A stretch of 64,000 bases of DNA from an uncultured Eubacteriales bacterium (GTDB lineage Bacteria > Bacillota > Clostridia > Christensenellales > Aristaeellaceae): assembly GCA_902796025.1 (NCBI GenBank), contig CADBNW010000060.1, positions 972 to 64,971 of the forward strand. Reading direction: 5' to 3'. Position 1 is the first letter of the stretch, and each line of letters opens with the position of its first letter. Both the position numbers and the translations under genes were made by a program. This document shows positions 47,842 through 56,733 of the stretch, one piece after another. The notes under the pieces were generated by a model. That model worked only from the letters and a program-made list of their open reading frames with translations, was not told where the DNA came from and made no database searches.

Positions 47842-49467
47842 ATGACCCGCAAGCTTCTGTGCGTGCTTCTGGCGGCTGTGATGGCGCTGGGACTGATGTC
47901 CTTCAGCCCCGCCGAGGAAGCTCCCACCAAGATCACCGTGGCCGGCTATATGTTTGGCCCCATCGACGACGCCAAAGACGTAGTCACCCCCGCGGTCGAA
48001 AAGATGCTGCTTGAAAAGCACGGCATCAACGTCGACATCGAGGTAGAGTACGTCGAGTACGCCAACTACTCCGAGATCATGGCCCCCCGTCTCGCGGGCG
48101 GCACCGCGCCGGACGTGTTCCTGGCGCTGAGCTCCAACACCCTGGACACCTACTACGATCAGGGCGTCATCGCTAGCTGGGACGTGGACTTCTTCAAGGA
48201 GAACGCTCCCGACGTCTGGGCCTTCGTTGAAAAAGGCGGCGTGAACGGCGATCTGGCCAGCCAGTTCGACATGTGGCTCGAGTACGCCACCAAGGACGGC
48301 AAGATGGTGGTCGTTCCCTCCCTGAAGCCCGACGGCAACATGCCCTACAAGACCCTGATCTATCGCGGCGACTGGATCGAGAAGCTGGGCGTGACCGAGC
48401 TTCCCAAGACCGTTGACGACTTTGTAGACCTCATGTACGCCTTCACCGACGACGATCCCGACGGCGACGGCGAAAAGGACACCTACGGCATGAGCCTGAC
48501 CGGCATGAAAGCGCTGTTTGGCGCTTACGGCATGTCCAACGGCTTCCTGGGCGGCTCCAGCTACTGGTACGAGGATAACGGCGAGCTCATCAACCCCGAC
48601 GTCTCCGAAAAGAGCAAGGAAGTGCTCTCCATCCTCACCGAGATGTACGCCCACGGCGCAATCGATCCCGAGTACGTCAAGGGCAAGGAATCCGCTGACG
48701 GCGCTTACTGGGCGGCCTCCGCAGGTCTGATCAACGGCCTGTACGGTGCAAGCGCCAACGCCTCCATCGACCACTTCCGCCTGAAGGAAGTCCTGGGCGA
48801 CAACGGCGGCCCCGTTGCGCAGACCTACTGGCAGGTAAACGGCGACGACGCAACCTTCGTCTACGCTCCCTGGCCGGCCGGCCCCGACGGCGACTACGGC
48901 TGGGCGGTGGGCTACGCGGTAGCCGTAAGCGAGAGCGCTGTGTACAACAAGGCCCTGGAAGAGAATCCCGAGAAGCTTGCTCTGATCTTCCAGATCATGA
49001 ACGCCTTTGCCACCGATGACGAACTGTACATGCTGGCTGCCTGGGGCATCGAGGGCGAGCAGTACAACGTCGTGGACGGAAAGCCCGTCCGCAATGCAAA
49101 TCTCACCAACGCGGATCTCAACGAAGTGGGCGTTTGGGGCTGCAGAAGCCTCTACGGCGCGGACCGCGCGTTCAGCGAACTGGCCTACAACCTGGCCTTC
49201 TACAATGACGCGGCCATCGCCAACCGCCTCAACTACTTCAAGCTGGATCAGTACAACAGCTACATCCAAAACGCCGTGAGCGTCACCCTGCCCTCCGAAG
49301 GCGCCCTGCTGACCGACCTCAACACCCTGCGCGACGAGTACTACAATGCCGTCATCCACGGGGAAAAGGATCTTGAGGGCGACTGGGACGCCTATGTGGC
49401 CGACTACATGGCCATCGGCGGACAGCAGCTCCACGACGAAGCCAACGAGTGGTTCGCCAGCAAATAA
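47842..49467 (+). CDS. Extracellular solute-binding protein (large LplA type)
   Basis: 541 aa with a signal peptide, sitting after the two permeases. The size and DDDPDGDGEKDTYG loop are typical of family-1 SBPs of LplABC systems. Confidence 0.8.
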   Translation: MTRKLLCVLLAAVMALGLMSFSPAEEAPTKITVAGYMFGPIDDAKDVVTPAVEKMLLEKHGINVDIEVEYVEYANYSEIMAPRLAGGTAPDVFLALSSNTLDTYYDQGVIASWDVDFFKENAPDVWAFVEKGGVNGDLASQFDMWLEYATKDGKMVVVPSLKPDGNMPYKTLIYRGDWIEKLGVTELPKTVDDFVDLMYAFTDDDPDGDGEKDTYGMSLTGMKALFGAYGMSNGFLGGSSYWYEDNGELINPDVSEKSKEVLSILTEMYAHGAIDPEYVKGKESADGAYWAASAGLINGLYGASANASIDHFRLKEVLGDNGGPVAQTYWQVNGDDATFVYAPWPAGPDGDYGWAVGYAVAVSESAVYNKALEENPEKLALIFQIMNAFATDDELYMLAAWGIEGEQYNVVDGKPVRNANLTNADLNEVGVWGCRSLYGADRAFSELAYNLAFYNDAAIANRLNYFKLDQYNSYIQNAVSVTLPSEGALLTDLNTLRDEYYNAVIHGEKDLEGDWDAYVADYMAIGGQQLHDEANEWFASK

Positions 49468-49503
49468 TCCATTCCACAGCTTTCTTTAACAATCTTGCAA
49501 GCT

Positions 49504-49536
49504 GGATGGCGCGGCGAAAGCCCGCCATCCTTTTTT
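49504..49536 (+). terminator. Intrinsic terminator after the SBP gene
   Basis: GGATGGCGCGG-cgaaag-CCCGCCATCC followed by TTTTTT. Confidence 0.75.
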
Positions 49537-49584
49537 GCATCTTATTTTTATTCTGTTGCACAAATATTTCATAATGTTTCCATG

Positions 49585-49613
49585 TTGTAATATCTTTCCT
49601 CCTGTGGTATAAT
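49585..49613 (+). promoter_or_regulatory. SigA-type promoter: TTGTAA, 17-nt spacer, TATAAT, with TGn extension
   Basis: TTGTAA at 49585-49590, TGg plus TATAAT at 49605-49613. It lies 25 nt upstream of the ATG at 49639. Confidence 0.6.
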
Positions 49614-49638
49614 ACAATTGAAGTATTATGGAGGCAAC

Positions 49639-52600
49639 ATGAACAAGCTCATTCGCGCGCTTTGCCTTATGCTGGCAGCCCTGCTTGCGTTGAACGCATT
49701 CGGGGCCGGCGCAGAAATATTTGTCATTCCAAACGGCGTCGCTGTGATCGAGAGCGAGGCCTTTTCGGGCGTGGATTTCCCGGACGGCGTGCTGATCCCC
49801 CCGACGGTCACCCATATCGGCAAAAACGCCTTTAGCACAAACGTCATTTACGGCCTTGAGGGCAGCGCGGCGCAGGCCTACGCCCAGGAGAACGATCTGG
49901 AGTTTCGCGGCGCAGGCATCAGCGGCTTAAGCGTCGAGGCCCCGGCCTTTGCGTCCCCTTACCGCCCCTTCGAGGTAAAAGTAAGCTGCGTTTCTCCCCT
50001 GCCCGTAGACTACAGCGTGCGCTTTTACAAAAACGGCGCATGCCTTGCCGAGGTCTCCGCTTTAGACGGCGTCGCAAGCGCCACGCTCCTTGAGGGAGGA
50101 CTGTACGACATCGGCGTCACCGCCCAAAATGGCATCGGTCATGCGGAAGCGTACTTCGAGGGAGAGATCGAGATCTACGAGCCCGTGCACCTCATCGCCT
50201 CTTCCTGGACGGTGCGCACAGGCGAAGCCTTTTGCCCTGTGGACGAAGCCGAAACGCGAAGCGTGACGCTCTCCTGCGCCGATCCCGCCATTTCCATCCA
50301 GGGCGGCAGCGTAACGGCGACGGCCACGGGCGTCTACACTGTTACCGCGCAGACCGAATGCGAGGGCCTGCCCGTCTATACAGACTTCACGGTGAACTGC
50401 GTCATTCCCGTGGACGCGCTTACCACCTCCGAAGCGGATGTCGAGCTCTACATCGGCGAAAGCTTTGCCCCGGAGATCCGCGCGCTACCGGAGAACGCCT
50501 CCCCTTACACCCTGGATTTTGCAAGCAGCGACCCCGCCGTCGCCTCTGTTGACGCCTACGGCACCGTCACTGCGCTTTCGCAGGGCCAGTGCCGCGTAAG
50601 CGTCACTACCTTCGACGCAGCGGGCGACATCTTTATCCGCGTGAAACAGCCCGCGCAGACGCTTTACGTCAGCAGCGAGCGCGTCACCCTCCAAACCGGG
50701 GCGCAGCAGCAGCTTGGCTTTGAAATCTCCCCGGCCAATGCCGACGACGTCGCCGTCATTTGGTCGTCCTCCGATCCCTCCATCGCCTCCGTCACGCCGC
50801 GAAGCGGCCTTGTGACCGGGCTTACGCCCGGCGATTGCCTGATCACCGCTCGCCTGTCCTCTCAAACGGAGCTGGTGTTCTCTGTCCCCGTCACCGTGAC
50901 GCAGGGCGTTTCCGAAATCAGAGCCGAGATCCCCTCCATCCTGTACGCAGGCGATTCCTGCACCATCCATCCCGTCGTCCTTCCGCAGCAAGCCGGTGAC
51001 GCGCGCATCCAATATGCCGTGAGCGACGAAAGTGTGCTCGCCGTAAGCCCGGATGGTGAACTGGACGCGCTCAATCCCGGGCGCGCGCTTGTGACCCTGA
51101 CCGCTCCCAACTGGGTAAGCGCCAGCTACGAGGTACAGGTGTACGAGCGCTGCGAAGCCATCGTGCCGCGCATCAGCGAGCTGGTTTTGAATCCCGGCCT
51201 CAGCGCAGACGCAAGCGCGCTGTTCAGCTTTTTGCCAGAGGGCGTGCCTGCAGAAAACGCTTCCTACACATCAAGCGATCCCTCCATCGTCTCCATAGAC
51301 GCCCAGGGGAGAATCAGCGCCCTGTCCGCCGGCAGCGCCAACATCGAGGCGCGCTTGGACGAGGCTGTATATTCCTTGCCCGTGCGCGTGGTCACGGACG
51401 GTAAGGTCATAAGCAGCGTAAGTCTTTCGCAGTATTACGCGGTTTTGACCCCCGGTGCAACGGTTTCCGTCACGCCCTCCTTTGGCAACGCCGCCGCCAA
51501 ATACAAGCGCGGCGCATGGTATTCCGACGCGCCGCAGGTAGTGAGCGTCGCCTCAACCGCTTCAAACGGCACGGTCACGCTGAAGGCGCTGTCTCCCGGC
51601 AAAGCCACCGTGACCCTGCTGTCCAGCAGCGGCTGCAGCGCCTCCCTGCTTTTGATCGTAAACCCCGTCGCCTTAAAGTCCATAAGCGTCAAGGCCCCCG
51701 CCGAGCCGCTTTATCCCGGCGACAGCGTAGCGCTTTCCTACACCTACAGCCCGTCCGGCGCGGACACGAGCGGCGTTTTCCTCTATTCCTCGGACGACTC
51801 CGTGGCCACCGTCAGCGAGGACGGCATGCTGACCGCCGTCGGCGCCGGAACATGCGACATCTTCGTAAGCTGCGATACGGCGCTTGCCAGCTGCTCCATC
51901 ACGGTAAACGGCCGCCCCATGACCTCGGCAGCGCTTGCAAGTGATACGCTCCTGGGCATGGCAGGAGAGGGCGCTTCCATCCAGTATAGCTTTGAACCCT
52001 CTGACGCCTCTCCCGCACGCTTTGCCTGGCAAAGCGACGATCCCGCAATCGCAGAGGTAAGCGCAAACGGTCATGTCAGCTTTGTGACCGCCGGCACGAC
52101 ACAGCTGCACGGCACGGCCACAGACGGCAGCGGCCTTAAGCTGGAGCTCAGCGTACAGGTAAGCGAGATCGCCCTGCGCGCACTGGAGCCGGATTTTGAC
52201 AGTCTGGACCTCGAATACGGCCAGTCCCGCCAGATCACCTGCGCTGTCTATCCGCAAAACGCCAGCTACGGTGAGGTGCGCTTTACTTCCTCCGACGAGA
52301 GCGTCGCGCTTGTGGACGAAAGCGGCATGGTCACCGCCCTTCGCGAGGGCAGCGCGGTCATCTTCGCAAGCGCCGGGCACGGCGATACTCTCATAACCCG
52401 CACCGTGGAGGTAAACGTCACCCGCCCCTCCAGTACGGTCTACCGCGCCTTCATCATGGGCCAGTTCACCGTTCCCGGCGCGGACGGCTATCTGCCCTTC
52501 AGCGTAAATGGCACCCGGGGCGTGCACGACGCGATCAGCCAAAGCACCCTGGGCGGCGCGGCGTACCAGATCAATTACCTGCCCGCAAGCCCCTCCGTGG

Positions 52601-53229
52601 AAAGCGTAAGGGCGGCCCTGTCCAGCCTGGCCGCGCAGGCGGACTCGGATGACGTCACCTTCCTCTACCTCCTCACCCACGGCTCCTATACGGATTCCTC
52701 CGGCTACTTCATGCAGTTTTCAAACGGCGCGCATTATTACGCCGACCAGCTGATTGCGGACGTCAGCCGCATCTCCGGCCACGTGGTGCTGGTGCTTTGC
52801 ACCTGCCACAGCGGGCGCGTGTTCGGTTCTGCCAAATTGAAGGCCATCGTCAGCGCCGGTGGAGCCTATACCGGCGCAAAGGGCCCAGGGCATCTTAGCG
52901 TGCTTTGCTCCTCCACCGACACCAACTCCAGCTATTACAAAACCCTGAACGCCCTGCAATCCTACGATTTCTTTACCCGCGCGTTCACGCTGGGGCTGGG
53001 CTGGAACATGCTAAGCGACGTCTCCGCCCCCCTCGCCGCAGACGCAAACGGCGACGCGCGCGTGACGCTAAGCGAGCTTGCTCCCTGGTCGCGCAGCAAA
53101 ACCCAGCAGCTGATCTCCTCCTTCGTGCAATTGAAGGGCACAGGCGAGTTCGGCGGCAATCAAAACCAGTTTCCAAGATACTTCATCGCCGCGGGCGACG
53201 AGGATCTTGCGCTCACAGAAAGGCGATAA
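49639..53229 (+). CDS. Giant secreted protein: BspA-type LRR + about 8-9 Big_2 Ig-like repeats + C-terminal caspase-like (C14) domain
   Basis: The ATG at 49639 follows GGAGG. The signal peptide is MNKLIRALCLMLAALLALNAFGAGA. The LRR is VIPNGVAVIESEAFSG...IPPTVTHIGKNAFS. Recurrent SSDPxxASVxxxGxVTAxxxGxxxI motifs mark the Big_2 repeats. The C-terminus has FLYLLTHGSY and VLVLCTCHSG (a His/Cys dyad) and ADANGDARVTLSELA. Confidence 0.75.
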   Translation: MNKLIRALCLMLAALLALNAFGAGAEIFVIPNGVAVIESEAFSGVDFPDGVLIPPTVTHIGKNAFSTNVIYGLEGSAAQAYAQENDLEFRGAGISGLSVEAPAFASPYRPFEVKVSCVSPLPVDYSVRFYKNGACLAEVSALDGVASATLLEGGLYDIGVTAQNGIGHAEAYFEGEIEIYEPVHLIASSWTVRTGEAFCPVDEAETRSVTLSCADPAISIQGGSVTATATGVYTVTAQTECEGLPVYTDFTVNCVIPVDALTTSEADVELYIGESFAPEIRALPENASPYTLDFASSDPAVASVDAYGTVTALSQGQCRVSVTTFDAAGDIFIRVKQPAQTLYVSSERVTLQTGAQQQLGFEISPANADDVAVIWSSSDPSIASVTPRSGLVTGLTPGDCLITARLSSQTELVFSVPVTVTQGVSEIRAEIPSILYAGDSCTIHPVVLPQQAGDARIQYAVSDESVLAVSPDGELDALNPGRALVTLTAPNWVSASYEVQVYERCEAIVPRISELVLNPGLSADASALFSFLPEGVPAENASYTSSDPSIVSIDAQGRISALSAGSANIEARLDEAVYSLPVRVVTDGKVISSVSLSQYYAVLTPGATVSVTPSFGNAAAKYKRGAWYSDAPQVVSVASTASNGTVTLKALSPGKATVTLLSSSGCSASLLLIVNPVALKSISVKAPAEPLYPGDSVALSYTYSPSGADTSGVFLYSSDDSVATVSEDGMLTAVGAGTCDIFVSCDTALASCSITVNGRPMTSAALASDTLLGMAGEGASIQYSFEPSDASPARFAWQSDDPAIAEVSANGHVSFVTAGTTQLHGTATDGSGLKLELSVQVSEIALRALEPDFDSLDLEYGQSRQITCAVYPQNASYGEVRFTSSDESVALVDESGMVTALREGSAVIFASAGHGDTLITRTVEVNVTRPSSTVYRAFIMGQFTVPGADGYLPFSVNGTRGVHDAISQSTLGGAAYQINYLPASPSVESVRAALSSLAAQADSDDVTFLYLLTHGSYTDSSGYFMQFSNGAHYYADQLIADVSRISGHVVLVLCTCHSGRVFGSAKLKAIVSAGGAYTGAKGPGHLSVLCSSTDTNSSYYKTLNALQSYDFFTRAFTLGLGWNMLSDVSAPLAADANGDARVTLSELAPWSRSKTQQLISSFVQLKGTGEFGGNQNQFPRYFIAAGDEDLALTERR

Positions 53230-53232
53230 AGC

Positions 53233-53460
53233 ATGAGATGCTCCTGTCAGAATTGCGGCACCTACATGGTGCAGTCCGAAGGCCTTGAAAAGGGCTGCGT
53301 GTGTCCCAACTGCCTCACCCGCTGCAAGCAATGCCTGGGCACGGACAGCGTCGTGCCCCGCGACGCGCTTAAGCAGGCAGCGCTTACATACCTGTACCGG
53401 GCCGAAGCGCAGGAGGCGCTTGACGACGAGGAGGAGTACGATGGCAACGACGTCGATTGA
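53233..53460 (+). CDS. Small Cys-rich zinc-ribbon protein with acidic tail
   Basis: 75 aa. MRCSCQNCGTYM...GCVCPNCLTRCKQCLG carries 8 Cys in 34 aa. The C-terminus is DDEEEYDGNDVD. The gene starts 4 nt after the upstream stop. Confidence 0.55.
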   Translation: MRCSCQNCGTYMVQSEGLEKGCVCPNCLTRCKQCLGTDSVVPRDALKQAALTYLYRAEAQEALDDEEEYDGNDVD

Positions 53461-53962
53461 ATCTGCTCCCCTCGAGATCGAGCGCAAGTATCTGATCAAA
53501 AAGCCCCGGCCCGAAGCGCTTTTAAGCGTCCCCGGCTGCGTCTCAAGTGAGATCACGCAGACCTACCTTCTCAATCCGGAGGCGGTCGAACGCGTGCGAA
53601 AGCGCGTATACGCCGATAAAACCGTCTATACGCACACCCTGAAAAAGCGCATCAGCGCCCTGTCCGCGCACGAAGCAGAAAGCGAGATCGGCCCGGAGGA
53701 ATACGAGCAGCTTCTCCTTAAGCGCGATCCTGCCAGAAACGTCATCCACAAAACCCGCTACGCCCTGCCCTGCGGCAGCCTTGTTGCCGAGGTAGACGTC
53801 TATCCCTTCTGGCAGCGCCAGGCCGTCATGGAGATCGAGCTTCCCTCCGAGGACGCGCCCGTAACCATCCCTCCCTGCATCACGCTGCTTCGGGAAGTCA
53901 CCGGAAACCACGCCTATTCCAATAACCAGCTCAGCCTGCGCATCCCGGAAGAGGATATTTAG
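53441..53962 (+). CDS. CYTH-domain protein (triphosphate tunnel metalloenzyme)
   Basis: Start trimmed to the ATG at 53441. LEIERKYLIKK is the ExExK signature. At about 173 aa it matches the size of small bacterial TTM triphosphatases. It overlaps the preceding ORF by 20 nt. Confidence 0.8.
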   Translation: MATTSIESAPLEIERKYLIKKPRPEALLSVPGCVSSEITQTYLLNPEAVERVRKRVYADKTVYTHTLKKRISALSAHEAESEIGPEEYEQLLLKRDPARNVIHKTRYALPCGSLVAEVDVYPFWQRQAVMEIELPSEDAPVTIPPCITLLREVTGNHAYSNNQLSLRIPEEDI

Positions 53963-54011
53963 CCCAGATCTATGCTGTACACCCAATCCCCATCAGGAGG
54001 TTATCCCCTTA

Positions 54012-54887
54012 ATGAAAAAGCTGTTGTCCGCCCTTCTTTGCGCCCTGCTGCTCCTCTGCCTAACCGCCCAGGCCGGCGTGGTCACCGTGCTGGACCGGGA
54101 CGTGGAGCCACAGTTCGACGAAAACAGTCCGCTGCTTCGGGTCTACTTTTTCAATACCCGCGCCTCCGACTGCATTTTGCTGATGTGCGGCGGCAAGAGC
54201 ATGCTCGTGGACTGCGCGGACACCAACTACGGCAGCAAAGTCATCTATCCGGAGCTTCAAAAGCTCGGCATCACGCGCATCGATTACGCGGTGAACACCC
54301 ATCCCCACAACGACCACATCAACGGCTTCATCTCGCTTTTCGATTGCATCGAGGTAGGGCAGTTTTTCACCTGCTTCCCCCTGGATTACTGCCAGGAGCA
54401 GATCGACTGCATCGCCGCCTGCCGCGCGCACGGCATCGAGGTCGTGGAGTTCGATAACGACGCGGATCTCTCCTTCGGCGGCCTCGATATCTGGGTGTGG
54501 CGCGATCACAAGTACGATACCCCCTGGCCCACTGCCTGCAATCCCTGCTCGCTGATCATGCACGTAACATACGGCGATTGCACCCTCATCCTGACCGCAG
54601 ACTGCACCATCGAAAGCTTTATCGATCTCTACGCCGAAAAGGGCGAGCGCATCGCCTCGGACATCATCAAAATGCCGCATCACGGCCACAATCGCCCGTC
54701 CTACGACGCGTTCAAGGCCATCCATCCCCAGGTCGGCATAATCACCAACCATTACAGCGAGCGCATCCATCCCGTTTACCAGTTCATGTGCAACCATCGC
54801 TGCTTCCCCATGTACACCGGCAGCGGTCTCATCCAGGCTGCCACCGACGGTAAAACCTGGCAGGTCACGCAGTATTTGATCTGGTAG
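54012..54887 (+). CDS. Secreted MBL-fold hydrolase (ComEC C-terminal-domain-like)
   Basis: The signal peptide is MKKLLSALLCALLLLCLTAQA. CILLMCGGKSMLVDCA...VNTHPHNDHINGF...KMPHHGHN. Confidence 0.8.
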   Translation: MKKLLSALLCALLLLCLTAQAGVVTVLDRDVEPQFDENSPLLRVYFFNTRASDCILLMCGGKSMLVDCADTNYGSKVIYPELQKLGITRIDYAVNTHPHNDHINGFISLFDCIEVGQFFTCFPLDYCQEQIDCIAACRAHGIEVVEFDNDADLSFGGLDIWVWRDHKYDTPWPTACNPCSLIMHVTYGDCTLILTADCTIESFIDLYAEKGERIASDIIKMPHHGHNRPSYDAFKAIHPQVGIITNHYSERIHPVYQFMCNHRCFPMYTGSGLIQAATDGKTWQVTQYLIW

Positions 54888-55025
54888 CGCCCGGCTTAAG
54901 AAGCTCAAGATGGATCTGCGTTTTTACAGATGGATTCAAGCTCGCGGCAGATGCTGAAGAATGAATGCTGAAAACTGAAGATTCTATGCCAGATGTAGTG
55001 TGGATTATTTAGCGCTTACTGGCAA

Positions 55026-55058
55026 AAAAGACTTGAGGCAAATCGCTTCAAGTCTTTT
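55026..55058. terminator. Terminator-like hairpin at the left edge of the low-GC island
   Basis: AAAAGACTTGA-ggcaaatcgct-TCAAGTCTTTT. Confidence 0.4.
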
Positions 55059-55089
55059 CTCATGCTTTCAAAGGCTCAGTTTTCAGTAT

Positions 55090-55245
55090 ATCACTTTGGA
55101 TCACGGCAAGGCGCAGGCCAGCGCAACGGTCTATTCCGTCATGGAAACAGCGAAGGCCAACGGCCTGAATCCGGAAAAATACATAAGACACCTACTGACC
55201 ATCCTTCCGGAGCGCTTCGCCAAAGACTCGAAAGCCGATATTTTT
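55090..55245 (+). pseudogene. IS66-family transposase, C-terminal fragment only
   Basis: The translation ...DHGKAQASATVYSVMETAKANGLNPEKYIRHLLTILPERF matches the conserved IS66 TnpC C-terminal block (..ETAKANGLNPxxYL..LL..LP). No upstream transposase body is present. Confidence 0.7.
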
Positions 55246-55751
55246 GTCTTTTCTATGACCATGCAAAAAAGGGGCTGTGACACCCCGGCTTTCTCTTAAT
55301 GCCGTTCTTTCACAGCCCTATCCTTATTCAATCAATCTAATTCTTAAAGCATATAACACAACAATTTACTTGTTCGAACCAAATAGTCGTTCTCTGTTGT
55401 AGGAAATACATTGATTACGGCATTCGTCTGTTTATATTTTAAACATTTAGTAACTTCATGAACATCAAGAATTTCAGTTCGTCTGAGTTATACAAAACCT
55501 CATCAAAACACTTCTACGGCTAGCCAGATTTATCTCTCTTCGTTACAACTTATAACCAAACTTCCCCCTGCCGCAGATTGTAGTACCGTCAGTGACACAG
55601 GATGGTTTGCAATGTGCTTCGCTTAATATTACTTATGCGACGTTATTCTTTTGTCAAAGTGCAATTATCATGCAACTTATAGTTTTACGAGCTATCCTCT
55701 CTTTTCCTGCCAATTTCTGGAACTATTCCAAATATTGTTTTCAGCAACTTG

Positions 55752-56618
55752 TCAATCGCCCGGAATCTCACCGATATTGTTCGCAGCATTACGTCCCATA
55801 GCGATGATTTCTTCTGCCGAGAAAAGCTTTATAATAGATTCCGAATTTCTTATTGCTTTCTCCATGATTTGAGCTTTTCTTTTATCGCGTTCTTTTTGTG
55901 AAACGGTCAGCCTTTTCAGATCCTCAACCTTTTCCTGAAGCTCGTCTATATGCTTTTTTCTTTCCGGTATTCTGTCCAATTCATCCTGATATCTTTTTTT
56001 CTGCTTGTCTGCTGACAGCAGCTTTTGGATTTTGGGGTTCATTTCATCCAGCTGAGCCATTTTTTCTTGTATTTGTTGTTTGCTCCCCAGGGTGTCATTG
56101 TAAAGAAAATCTATCCATTCCTGCATCTTTGATATGGTTTCTGCAACTTCGTCTTCTCTGTTCAAAAATAAAAGCATATCGATCCAATGCATTCCTTTCG
56201 ACAGGGTAACCATGAAGTCCCGATTGAGTCTTTTTTCCAGTTCATAGATGTCATGAACTGAGTGGATCTTATTGAATGCACCGCAGACCTGCTCCTTATA
56301 GATCTGCAGAGCTGTCTGATAATCATCTGGATGTCGCCACAGTCGAAAGTACTCCCCTGGGTTCCAAAGACCAAATAAGGAGTATTCTTGACGATGGAAC
56401 ATTGTCATAAACGCATCGATGCTGAGGTCCCACAACCCGCCCACAGCATAGTTCACATCAAATGTGTGTCCCTGGCTTTTATTGAGAAGCCAAAGGGCAA
56501 TATACCATGAATTTTGAAAGTCGATCCGCCAGAAAGTCTGAGATCGTGCAACAAAACCGCTCTCAGACATTGTCATGTCAAAAACCTTGTGGAAGTATGA
56601 TAAGTTTTCTTTGTTCAT
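55752..56618 (-). CDS. Hypothetical protein, DUF4304-like N-terminal domain + charged coiled-coil tail (immunity-like)
   Basis: 288 aa, AT-rich. AGGAG RBS 8 nt upstream. The N-terminus ...SESGFVARSQTFWRIDFQNSWYIALWLLNKSQGHTFDVNYAVG follows the GF-x-(K/R)-x3-F-x-R-hydrophobic-strand pattern. The C-terminus is K/E/Q-rich and helical. Confidence 0.65.
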   Translation of the reverse strand: MNKENLSYFHKVFDMTMSESGFVARSQTFWRIDFQNSWYIALWLLNKSQGHTFDVNYAVGGLWDLSIDAFMTMFHRQEYSLFGLWNPGEYFRLWRHPDDYQTALQIYKEQVCGAFNKIHSVHDIYELEKRLNRDFMVTLSKGMHWIDMLLFLNREDEVAETISKMQEWIDFLYNDTLGSKQQIQEKMAQLDEMNPKIQKLLSADKQKKRYQDELDRIPERKKHIDELQEKVEDLKRLTVSQKERDKRKAQIMEKAIRNSESIIKLFSAEEIIAMGRNAANNIGEIPGD

Positions 56619-56631
56619 AGGCTATACTCCT

Positions 56632-56719
56632 TGGACTGGCATGGACAACCTGAGTGGTCAACGTCACCATATGTATACCAGTCTTTCGTTGTAGCCAGGC
56701 TATGTTTGCCTGTTGGTAG
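56632..56719 (-). mobile_element. Solo end remnant of the IS3-family element (IR + about 55 bp)
   Basis: TGGACTGGCATGGACAACCTGAGTGGTCAACG...ATACCAGTCTTTCGTTG..CAGGCTATGTTTGCCTGTTGGT aligns with 58230-58317 of the full copy. Similarity then stops. Confidence 0.75.
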
Positions 56720-56733
56720 GTAGGTAATTGCGT

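Noticed and set aside
49639-53962. Caspase-like + CYTH block as a CBASS/CRISPR-associated-type intracellular defence module.
   Set aside because: The caspase-like domains carry signal peptides and adhesin-type repeats, so they are extracytoplasmic. No cyclase, SAVED/CARF, nuclease effector or Cas gene is nearby.
54952-54980. Possible att-site remnant: TGCTGAAG(A) and TGCTGAAA at the left island border match the first 7-8 nt of the tRNA-Leu(UAA) 3' end (TGCTGAAGG at 60468).
   Set aside because: A match of only 7-8 nt is well within chance in 5 kb of sequence. No longer direct repeat of the tRNA 3' half is visible, so I cannot call island boundaries from it.
55000-55299. 99-aa ORF treated as an intact gene.
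   Set aside because: Only its middle part resembles anything, namely the IS66 transposase C-terminal block. The N- and C-terminal parts are read-through of flanking DNA, so I called it a pseudogene fragment.
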